Source: Entomortierella parvispora E1425 | Taxonomy: Eukaryota; Fungi; Mortierellomycota | DNA: 64,000 nt | Reading direction: 5' to 3' | NCBI GenBank assembly: GCA_020891255.1 | Contig: BQFW01000011.1 | Span: 124,001-188,000 of the forward strand | Shown: piece by piece, positions 12,301 through 22,100 of the stretch | How positions within the stretch are numbered: the first letter of the stretch is position 1 | Layout of the letters: every line of letters starts with the position of its first letter | Position numbers and translations under genes: made by a program | Notes under the pieces: generated by a model | Seen by the model: the letters and a program-made list of their open reading frames with translations, nothing else | The model's database searches: none | Told to the model about the DNA's origin: nothing

Positions 12301-12390
12301 GTCTATCTGATTGGTGCTCTGCTCACTTATTTCACCATCACTCAGGCTGCAAAGTTGCTGTACTTGCGCGTCTTCAAGACTTGGTTCTAA
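9310..12390 (+). CDS. mgtA: P-type ATPase, Mg2+-transporting MgtA-like (P3B), 1026 aa, no coding introns
   Basis: LTGEAMPVEK, GLTPEMLPMI (M4), DKTGTLT phospho-site, EIPFDFVRRRMSV, KGAVEEML, LTGD, FAKLTPLQK, GDGINDAPAL. The C-terminal NFGNVFSML and QTAWFIEG...HIIRTPKIPFLQS match the MgtA/MgtB pattern. Confidence 0.9.
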   Translation: MSSNKVNKKIEALKAHHGVVYENANSVYSVASIFPPGSEFEGLLPLNDEQAARSQEKYGKNVISFGEDLTWYRILFHASVHPFNILLVVLAAGTIATGSLSGGVIMFVMVFISTVLRFWQEWKSASAAQALKSMVSTLITVTRLYSAPEGRDPTPEDVARIVNNTTVQMDITIEDVAPGDWVQLSAGDLIPADVRVLESKDLFVSQAALTGEAMPVEKFSSSSEAMAHWSGDKQNSYDDMAKEAVPMDATATIMEKESVKTLDATSKAKAKPEAKGKAMRAIYACFGVRYFAPEDEVEVTDAGLDRPDICFMGTSVVSGTATVLVEKTGENTFFGSMAKELSKRKPENAFQLGVRNISWVFFGMMFVLIPPVLLINGLTTKGWTEAVLFALSVAVGLTPEMLPMIVNSNLARGAWLMSKKRCIVKNLDAIINLGSMDVLCTDKTGTLTDNRVVLVRHLDFMGNASMRSLQFAFLNSRFQTGLKNLLDVAVVEYFEKTASALPMYESLSEDGPAVGSGLTPAAVTFASRYLKLDEIPFDFVRRRMSVIIKDLSDDQTMMVSKGAVEEMLRICTKIVLPRQGSEKPSSDIIMGTEASENVATLDLLDRPAEDQIQTLTPEMIAHLMEMNKDLNVDGLRVVAVAYKNITSVKDNYGLVDECDMVFAGLIGFLDPPKESSAPAIKELMSLGVEVKVLTGDSAAVCRKVCQQINLPINSIVTTDDLIGLDDEQLAAVALKATIFAKLTPLQKSQVIRALKRSDRVVGFLGDGINDAPALSEADIGISVDTATDIAKESAQVILLEKSLTVIAEAVVLGRTTYGNTMKYIVMAISSNFGNVFSMLIASAWLPFLPMLPIHILVQNLMYDLSQTTIPWDRMDPEFLKVPHRWSMKSILRFMVFMGPWSSPFDITTFLFMWFHYGIQTIHDDVTMFQTAWFIEGSLTQLLVIHIIRTPKIPFLQSMAAWPIVASSILFSTAAIAIPYIPFFQDVLTLEPPPGLYYVYLIGALLTYFTITQAAKLLYLRVFKTWF

Positions 12391-12630
12391 AGTGGCACTT
12401 GGCGAAGCAACTTGTTGTATCTCAGTAATATTTTTTTTGACTTACTTCCTTATCTCAGCCATTTTATTAAAAATATTTGATAATGAACTGGCCACACGAG
12501 AATATGTTAATATAGTCAACCCTCCTACAGTAGCCACTGCCACAGCTTTTTCTTGCACCTTAAGTTGAGGAAGCAGAAGTCATCAGGAGTTGGTGACCTC
12601 ACTTTATGATCTTGCCACTGCCACATACAT

Positions 12631-12685
12631 GGGCTAGAACCAATTTATGTGGAAGACCGCTCTTGGGGACCCATGAGTGCAGGGC
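12631..12685 (+). repeat. 55-bp terminal core of an unclassified interspersed repeat (copy 1 of 3)
   Basis: GGGCTAGAACCAATTTATGTGGAAGACCGCTCTTGGGGACCCATGAGTGCAGGGC is near-identical to 33551-33603 (+) and 60168-60221 (-). Confidence 0.9.
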
Positions 12686-12759
12686 AAACAATACGGTTGT
12701 TTTCTAACGTTTTTTTATTATATTTGTTTTTTTTTATTTATAATATCTTTTCACTACTC

Positions 12760-13310
12760 TTAGACTGCCTTGGCTTCGTTTTTGTCTTCGATGTCTGCTG
12801 GCGGACAAGGGGCACTCAGCCAAACGCGGGCCACTCTGCCTGCTGCTTCTTCTCCGGTAAGGTGGTACTGCACCGCCTAACACACGTCAAGACATTTATC
12901 TCATACCCGTTACATCCTTTACAATAGGTGGCCTCTCTCACGTCCATCAAGAGCGGAGCTCCCACTGCCTTTGATCAGAGCCAGGCTGGAGTTTCTCCCT
13001 CTGCCTTTGGTCAGACCCAGTCAGGGGCGTCCTCTTCCACACCCTCACATCACATCTTGGAAAAGAGGTCTAGCTCTTCCTTGCCCTCTTCTGCACCGGC
13101 AGAGGCAGGGGTCAGCAGCAGCAGCAATCAACCTCCGCCTCCAAAAAGGGACCGTGGCAGGCCTTGAGGATCTGGTGCCGAGCATCGGCAGGGGTCAAAG
13201 CATGATCAAAGCCCTGAACGCAGTAACACCCTTCAAGAAGGCAAGGATAAGAAGGACGACACCCAGATCGACAAGAATTAAGCATAAGGCGCCGAGATGG
13301 ATGGAGGTTC
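12760..13310 (+). pseudogene. Spliced gene relic with Ser-rich region and interrupted AT-hook-like motif
   Basis: Exon 12760-12857 and the following intron are paralogous to 44465-44650. The next exon reads PPPKRDRGRP*GS, with TGA (13165-13167) inside a KRxRGRPxGS motif. Confidence 0.35.
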
Positions 13311-13659
13311 AAGTCAAAAACACAACACCTGGCCACAGACCAGACCATTCGGTACCTTTGTATTTTTTTCTTTTTTTGTACGTGGGGGTCGTTCTCACAT
13401 CGGGGGGGGGGGGGGTTGCCACTGTTTCGCTCTTGTATTCTTGTGTTGGCCCGATGCTAAGGTAAGCAATACAAAAAGGATGTCCATTCTTTTGTAGCAG
13501 TAGTCTGCCCGCCTTTTTTTCCTCATGCAAAAAGTTTGCCAAGGCTCCTCACCCATTCTGAGATCTCCGACTGTCGTGGACTGCCCTTGTCGCCTTGGAT
13601 GGACGGTCCGCATCCTGCACCCATAGACTGTATTTTTGATGAACCAGCCCGCCGTAAAG

Positions 13660-14678
13660 TAATAAAAGCGTGCAATGGAGGCAAAAAGCTGGTCGACGTG
13701 GAGCAACCTGGACTTTGAATACACTTTGCTGCTGTATTTTCCCTGGTCGCTCATTTTCTTCAGCATCCACATCCATATCCACATCAGCCTCTTGGTCGTC
13801 ACGGTCATCAGTGCCGTCACTGTTACTATCGATGCTGGCATCCTCGCCTAGTTCTGGACTTAAGGCAAGACTGACCAAGTCTTCTTCGGGCGCAAAGTGG
13901 AGCACTGGCTCGAACTCCAGAACCCCCTATGCGCCAACGACCTCTAGCTCTCCTTGTCTTGTGCTTGCACTGCCTCTGGAGTCTGTCGCAGGTTTGTGTT
14001 GTAATGTTCCAGCTTAAAGTCACCATGCCCATACGGAAAGAGTTCGGGAAAGAGATTAGGCATCTGCGTGGGGCTCTTACACTACTGTGTCATCCCCTAA
14101 ATTCACGCCCGCTAAGTTCTCCAGTTGCACGTCCCCTGCCCTTGGACCTGGATCCATGCCTGCACAAAACACTCCCGGGAACTTTTGATGCCGCGGATGC
14201 TCGGCTTGCCCAGTCCCAATGTCTACAATGCCCTCTGCAAACTGCTCCGGCATGGAGGGTGCTGGCGGACAGGTCTTCCACTGAGGATTGTGAACACGGA
14301 GCCAGTTCCACGCCTTGATGCTGCGATACCGGTTTGCCGGAGGTACTGTCGGATCGTGGACGAACGAGTTTACACCTGCATCGGAGATGAGTGACGACCT
14401 TAATCGATAGATCGAAACATGTCCACGGACTCATGGAAAAGATAGGGACTGACCGGGCACTGAGGGCATCAAGGAACTAGAGGTCATGACCTGACCCAGG
14501 TACAAAAATCGTTCCAATAGAATCCTCCGAGCGCACTGGAACGTTTTCTTCAAGGACAAAGTTGCCATGCTCATTCATGCCTCGTAGAGGGTTCCCTCAG
14601 TTCTCATTGACAAGGCAATCTAGTTTAACACATATAGAACGTTAGTACATATAAGCGGCCTTGTCAAGGTCAATGTGT

Positions 14679-14710
<32 letters not shown>

Positions 14711-16420
14711 GACGAGAAACACCTACCCATTCCAATGATTTTTTGGACAGATTCTGGCAAGACTTGCACGCCGTGAGATTGTTTCCTCTCCATGTCTCCA
14801 TGCTATCTCAACTCTGTACTGCAAGCATGACCACTGTACAACGCCAAGATCAAAGGTAGGGTCCAGTCGCAGTGCCATCTGCGACAAGCATGAGCGCCGT
14901 CTCTTCCCGAAAGAGGATCCGGCAGCAAAAATCAACAAAAATATTCATGGGGACGCTGGGCATTCTCCAGACTGGTCCTGCATGTCATCGGATGAAGGAC
15001 GGGCGGCGGCTGGGCTGGCGGTGTGGTGGTGATAGTAGTTGTTCAACCACGACAAATGCTTCCTGCTCGTTCTCCTCATTGTCGTTGCCATTGTCGCTAG
15101 CATCGTCCCTGCGGTCCTCTTCTTCCTGAGCGTGCAACAGCAAACCAGTCGTGATACTGAGACTTTCTAGGGCCCTCCATAGATAGTGCAAATCCAAGAC
15201 TCTCGAGTAGCTCCATACTAGTGCCATCACTGCTGGGATATCTATATGCGCAACGACAGTAGAGTCGGCTGTTAAGTTGACAGCAGCATCCCCCGAAGCC
15301 ACTCTAAAAGACAACCAACCTACCCCTGGTGCGATGCAAACGACCTCGAGTCGAAATGATCTTCCTGACCATCTCCATGACTCTGTAACAATCATCCCTG
15401 CATGACATGCAACCCTGATACGTCGTCAATGCCGTTGTCGCCGTCGTCCTTTGCAAGTCCTTTTCGAAATGTGCACAGGCATTGACTATTGATGAATCGA
15501 ATAATAATTAAGACATGAGCAAACCTCCATTGGACCACATCATTGGCTCATTGGCCACCCAAGTACCTTCTCTGTTGTGTCGTGTTGGTCTATGAGATAA
15601 AGGACGATCAAAGGCAGCAAGGGTAGAGTAGATATACAAAGACGGAGCAAGGGTAGGTATGATACAAGATGCATCCTCACCGAGAATACGCGGCGCGACA
15701 TGGCACGTGCACGTTGCAGCACTCCCGACTGGAAGCTGCTCGGTGACGTCAGAGGGTGGTCCTTGGGACCACAGACGCGTCCGTCTTTTGTTCTCTTTCT
15801 CTTTCCTTCTCTGTTCATGACCATCCCCTTCCTCCTTTCCTTCCTTCCTAGCACAAACACTACTACACAACTCCTCCTTGAACACAGCTGCATTCATAAC
15901 CGTCTCTACTCTCAAGGTAAGACGACGCACTGCCACCTTGGATCATCGAGAATCTGCTCGGACGCGACCTGGACGCGACTCTTTCCTCTGTCCTCTCTCG
16001 CTCCCTTAGACCTCAACCATCTGACAGCCACTAGCACAAGTCTGAACCTCGTGTGGAACATCAAAGACAGCAAGTGGTCGAGACCTCTTGGTAGCAGCAC
16101 AATAAGTGGATGCCTTTTTTTAACGCCTTTCTAACGTAACTTTTCTTTTGTCTCTCTCAGCATAACTCAAACACCACTCGATATACATGAGCTCGACGAT
16201 GCTGGTCGTCTCCAGCTCGCTTAAAAGGAAGGATAATACCCCGATAACAGACATCATTATCTTTGTCAGGATGACTTCTCAAGGACATGGTTCCCCCGAC
16301 CCCCATCACCAGCTCGTCACCGACATGTTTAGTAACAAGATATAGGTCTGCCAACTCTGATCAGGAGCACGCAACATCAAGAGCTCTCTCGCGACAGAGA
16401 CTAGGGGCTTTGCCCCTTCT
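13660..16420 (-). mobile_element. Helitron 5' half remnant (DUF6570-like and helitron_like_N regions), copy 1 of a ~2.8-kb duplicated block
   Basis: Minus-strand motifs in Helitron order across broken frames: ACKSCQN (~14765), IKAWNWLRVHNP (~14285-14320), NLFPELFPYGHGDF (~14020-14065), YSKSRLLHVDQLF (~13685-13725). Colinear with 41200-44057. Confidence 0.6.
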
Positions 16421-16823
16421 CAGCATCCTTCACGCCGATCTTCTTTTGATTCTCAGCAACAACGCCAACCCTTCAGGCGCACAGAGTATTCCTCATTCTC
16501 TTATGAACAAGAGACGGACTGGTAGGACACGCCTCCCTTTGGACGACGCCAGGTAATTCATCTTTTTTTTTTGCCCAGTCTCTTTTCATGGGCACAAACC
16601 CAACCACAGTGGATCCTGACAATTCTCTTTTTTACTTTCTTGATCCGTACCATAAAGGAGTCATCCTGCTCAACCCAAAGACAAGGATAGACACCAGCAT
16701 CACCGATCCCACCACCAGCACAACACCTCCCTTCGGTATTGCAGAATTATTCGTACTATTCGGCCCTCCTTTTTTTTTTTTTTTTTTTTTCTTGACAAAG
16801 CATCAAGTGGAGAAGATCGGAAG

Positions 16824-17438
16824 GTGTCTTCTGTCAACCTGATGGCCTATATTGTTATTCTGAAGCAGTTGAGAAAAAAACAGGGTAAGAGACAATCAAG
16901 GAAGGGTCCCCATTTCACATTTCTCGATATGCTTGGTCTCTTATCTCTTTTTCTATTTCAAACTCTGCCTAGAATTCTTGCCGCAGATGAAATGGGTGCA
17001 TTTTTAATACCCTTCCTGCTTCTTGTGGACAGGTTCTTGATAAAGGAAAGGGTACTCGAACATGTAGAATCAAGCTGTGCGAAAGGTGTTGGCCAAGTAC
17101 CACCAGGTCTCTTGGGCTGACGTCTTTCGACAATCAGATACACCATGTTGCTTCAAGATTTCATCAAGGCAACTTTACCTCCTCTTTCATACAAAGAGAA
17201 TCCTCAGCAAGATTTTCATAACAGGGGCAGTGCCATGGATAATGGGTTCCCGAGCTTTCTTCAATTTGCGGAGGCAGGCAGATTGAACAGGATTGAGTTC
17301 GGATCAGTCATGGGAAAAAAGCGAGACTCCATGCTGGGTCGACCAAGAAAACAGGGGACTGATGGACCTCAAGCCCGCCTGTCACTCTCTGTCGTCCCTT
17401 CTCTTTGGAGCCTTCAAATCCATATTGTATATATGTAG
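16824..17438 (+). pseudogene. Hypothetical ORF interrupted by one in-frame TGA
   Basis: ORFs 16824..17120 and 17145..17438 are in the same frame, separated by a single stop. No family recognised. Confidence 0.25.
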
Positions 17439-18419
17439 TCGATGTGCGTACTCTCACTTCAATGATTTAAAGCGCTGGATCTTGCCTGTTCTCTTTTGTA
17501 GCTAATCAGAGTGCAGCACAAGGGGTGCCTGAATACAGAATAAAGACTGTGTACTTCTCGGCGTGTGATCGTCAGTGGGTGGGTTGGATGGGTCGAGAAG
17601 AAAGTTCGGGGTTGAGATCGAAGAAACAAATAAAGGGGCAGAAGAAAAAAAGTAGAACGATCCTACTTTTCGCTTCACCCCCTACACATAAATTTCCACA
17701 AACCTTCATTCATGTGTCTGTCGGCCTTTTTTGCTCCCATATCCAGGGACCGCGAACAGAACCAAGGAGCGTTCAAAGAATGTTTCTCATTCTCGTGTTG
17801 TTGACAAACAAACAGGAATCGGTGTTTTAAGGAGAGAGCTAAAGAAAATATAGGGGGCCCACAATCTCTGATCAAACTGAGAGATGAATGTAGGGGCTAC
17901 CTTATGTTTGCTGCAGCATTGATCAGTCTCTTCCAGAATGTTGGGTTGGAAGCAAGGCGTGGTAGAGAGCTCGCTGGGCGATCTCACTCGTGGACATTAC
18001 GCTAGGGCTACCTTTTGGTTTGTTACGATAGTGGTCAGTCATTTCCAGAACGCTGGATTGTATCTTTTGTTACTCCATGGAAGAGTGCACTCCGAGTATT
18101 CTCCCTCATGGACATTTAACATTCCAGCCATATGTTCGAGACACCATTCACTTGAGATATCAAGAGCAGAGAATCACAGGGAGGTTTTTTTTTGAAAATT
18201 GTAGTATGTGAATGCACGATATCAAAAATGATGCAAGATCGCTCTGTGGTGAGTTGATCAGTCTTACAATAGAACTGCATGTCGGTCATGGCACTTTTCT
18301 CGCGCTATAAAAGGGATTACAAAAACATCGGTATATGACCAGCTTGAATGCCTTTATCTCCCTTCTCTTCCGTCCTCTTTTCATCCATTGTCTTCTCTCT
18401 TTCTCTTTCGACGTGTGTA

Positions 18420-18545
18420 CCAACATACCCACATACCCACCATACACCCACATACCACACACCCACATACCCACCTACCTACATACCCTCATACCCACAT
18501 ACCCACAAAGCCACAAAGCCACAAAGCCACAAAGCCACATACCCT
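18420..18545 (+). repeat. Degenerate 8-nt tandem repeats (CATACCCA, then CCACAAAG) in the leader of the mucin-like gene
   Basis: Direct reading of 18420-18545. Confidence 0.8.
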
Positions 18546-18578
18546 CGTTCAAAGGGACCTTAAGACTGGCCTAGCGCA

Positions 18579-19031
18579 ATGAAGTGGCCCGTTCTGAGTC
18601 CAGCTTCGCTTACCTTGGCGGTTTTGTGCTTCAGTGCACTGCAACTGTCAAGCGCTGATGGAATTCCACCCAGAGATGATGTCACCGCAGCTGAACTCTG
18701 GGCTGAAAAACATGGCAATAGTCACCATCATCACAAAAAACATCACGGCCATAAAAATGACCGTAAACCAAACTGTAAGTGCGATATGACCACTGACTGT
18801 AACTGGCACGTGATATCAATGTACTGTCAATACAGACCACTGCTTGTGCAGAGAACCATGAGTTGATGACTCCCACTGTATTTGCTCCATGGGCTGGAGA
18901 CCCTCCTCCTCCCCCTCCTCCTCCTCCTCCTCCCTCCTCCAGCCCACGCGCTCACGCCGCCCGCGTGCCCCTCGGCGGATGCAACCAACGCGTCCTTTTT
19001 TTTTCTTTTTTTTTTTTTCCAAACTCCCCTG

Positions 19032-19101
<70 letters not shown>

Positions 19102-22100
19102 CTCGGGACTGTACAGTGTAATTGATTATGCCTCATTTGATTATGATCGTGGCTCTGACGCTGTTGATTACCACTTGTCGTCGGCTATAAACTCTAGGCG
19201 AAGAGCTGAGTCTCAAATGTGGGGACAAAGTCATCGATAAAGTCATCTGCAAGCTTACCGATTGGCCTATTAGAGATGAAGTTGTGTTGGAGTCCGAATC
19301 CGAGTCCGAGCATGAGTTCGAGTCCTTAAACAATCGCAAGTGCGGAAAGAAGAACTGCAAGAAACCAATAATCAAGCGGGATATCATCTTGCCTCCACCT
19401 TGCACGAACAAGTGCGACATCGTACCTCTTGCCTCGGATCTGTCTGAGGATGGTGAGGATGACGAGGAGGAGGTCGATGACGATGACAAGTACAAGGAAG
19501 ATGACGATTCGTCTAGAGCCGATGCCAAGATCGGATATTTGGAGGGCAATGAGGGAACGAACCTTGATCCTGCAGGGGAGCAAGACTTCTGGAGGCACAA
19601 GAAACACCGTCATCATCGCCAACATCGTAAGCATCCCCATGGCCACCCCCACGGAAAGCACAAGAAGCATGGGAACAAGAAACATTCCTGGCAAAATCTT
19701 TGCGTCGCCAGTGGTACCTTCTGTGGCAGCAACCTCTTCGGTTGCAACTTTGATCGTGGTTACATATATAATTGCGATGGTCGTGGCTCTAAGCCTAAAC
19801 GTGGAGAGAAGTGTGCCAATGGCTGCGTTGTCGGTCCTACACCAGGCACAGATCAATGCTCGACCGACCCTCCCGGGCAGTGCCTTTGCCCCGCTAACGG
19901 TGTCATCTGTGGCACAGTCTTTCCGCCAACGTGCAGTCTCAGCCCCACATCCTTGTACATGTGTAAGCGAGGCGGATCCCCTATTTTCCAAAAAGAATGC
20001 AAGCCAGGCACTTGCACCAGTACCGTGAGCGGAGCCTCCCTGAATGATCCTGTTTTCGAAGTGGAGAGGTTAGTTATGGACAAGTGCATCTCAGGCTCTA
20101 CTACAGACCCTGGTTCCGCTACAGACCCTGCTTCAGCGACACGCTCTGGTTCTGGTGACCCTGGCTCCGCGACACACTCTCGTTCTGGTACAGACCCTGG
20201 TTCCGCAACACGCTCTGGTTCTGGTGACCCTGGCTCCGCGACACACTCTCGTTCTGGTACAGACCCTGGTTCTGCAACACGCTCTGGTTCCGGTGACCCT
20301 GGTTCCGCAACACGCTCTGGTTCCGGTGACCCTGGCTCCGCGACACACTCTCGTTCTGGTACAGACCCTGGTTCTGCAACACGCTCTGGTTCCGGTGACC
20401 CTGGTTCCGCAACACGCTCTGGTTCCGGTGACCCTGGCTCCGCGACACACTCTCGTTCTGGTACAGACCCTGGTTCTGCCACACGCTCTGGTTCTGGTGA
20501 CCCTGGTTCCGCAACACGCTCTGGTTCCGGTGACCCTGGTTCTGCCACACGCTCTGGTTCCGGTGACCCTGGTTCTGCCACACGCTCTGGTTCCGGTGAC
20601 CCTGGTTCCGCCACACTCTCTGGTTCCGGTGACCCTGGTTCTGCCACACGCTCTGGTTCCGGTGACCCTGGTTCCGCAACACGCTCTGGTTCTGGTGACC
20701 CTGGTTCTGCCACACGCTCTGGTTCCGGTGACCCTGGTTCTGCCACACGCTCTGGTTCCGGTGACCCTGGTTCTGCCACACGCTCTGGTTCCGGTGACCC
20801 TGGTTCCGCCACACTCTCTGGTTCCGGTGACCCTGGTTCTGCCACACGCTCTGGTTCCGGTGACCCTGGTTCCGCCACACTCTCTGGTTCCGGTGACCCT
20901 GGTTCTGCCACACGCTCTGGTTCCGGTGACCCTGGTTCTGCCACACGCTCTGGTTCCGGTGACCCTGGTTCCGCCACACGCTCTGGTTCCGGTGACCCTG
21001 GTTCTGCCACACGCTCTGGATCTGCTACAGGCTCTGGTGCTGCTACAGGCTCTGGTTCTGCAACACGCTCTGGTTCTGGTGACCCTGGTTCCGCAACACG
21101 CTCTGGATCTACTACAGGCTCTGGTGCTGCTACAGGCTCTGGCTCCGCAACACACTCTGGTTCTGGTACAGACCCTGGTTCCGCAACACGCTCTGGTTCT
21201 GCTACAGGCTCTGGTGCTGCTACAGGCTCTGGCTCTGGTACAGACCCTGGTTCCGCGACACACTCTGGTTCTGCTACAGGCTCTGGTGCTGCTACTGGCT
21301 CCGGTTCCGCAACACACTCTGGTTCTGCTACAGGCTCTGGTGCTGCTACAGGCTCTGGTTCCGCGACACACTCTGGTTCCGCGACACACTCTGGTTCTGG
21401 TACAGACCCTGGTTCCGCAACACGCTCTGGTTCTGCTACAGGCTCCGGTTCCGCAACACGCTCTGGATCTACTACAGGCTCTGGTGCTGCTACTGGTTCC
21501 GGTTCCGCAACACACTCTGGTTCTGCTACAGGCTCTGGTGCTGCTACAGGCTCTGGTTCCGCGACACACTCTGGTTCTGCTACAGGCTCTGGTGCTGCTA
21601 CAGGCTCTGGTTCCGCGACACACTCTGGTTCTGCTACAGGCTCTGCATCGGCTTCTGGTACTGGCTCAGCCTCAGCTTCACATTCCAATTCAGCTTCACA
21701 TTCCAATTCAGGTTCTGGTTCTGCGACAGGTTCTGGTTCTGCTACAGACCCTGGTTCCGCGACAGGCTCTGGTTCTGCTACAGACCCTGGTTCCGCGACA
21801 GGTTCTGGTTCTGCTACAGACCCTGGTTCCGCGACAGGCTCTGGTTCTGCTACAGACCCTGGTTCCGCGACAGGCTCTGCGACAGCAACAGGATCTGCTT
21901 CAGCTTCTGGTACTAACTCAGCCTCAGCTTCACATTCCAATTCAGGCTCTGGTTCCGCCACTGGATCTGCTTCTACATCGAGCCAAGGTACATTTCAGAC
22001 CATGAAAACTTTGCTGCTAATTCCATTTCCATAATTGGATTAAAAACATATTATCTATATCTATAGGGGATCCTCCACCTACCTCGACAAGCCTGCCTGC

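Noticed and set aside
18420-18545. Interstitial telomere-like CA-rich tract
   Set aside because: Units are irregular 8-mers, not TTAGGG or a constant telomeric unit, and lie in a gene leader.
19853-21961. Long antisense and alternative-frame ORFs (702, 616, 496 and 297 aa) over the minisatellite
   Set aside because: The stop-free 33-nt repeat opens several frames. Only the sense frame connects to a signal peptide and splice sites.
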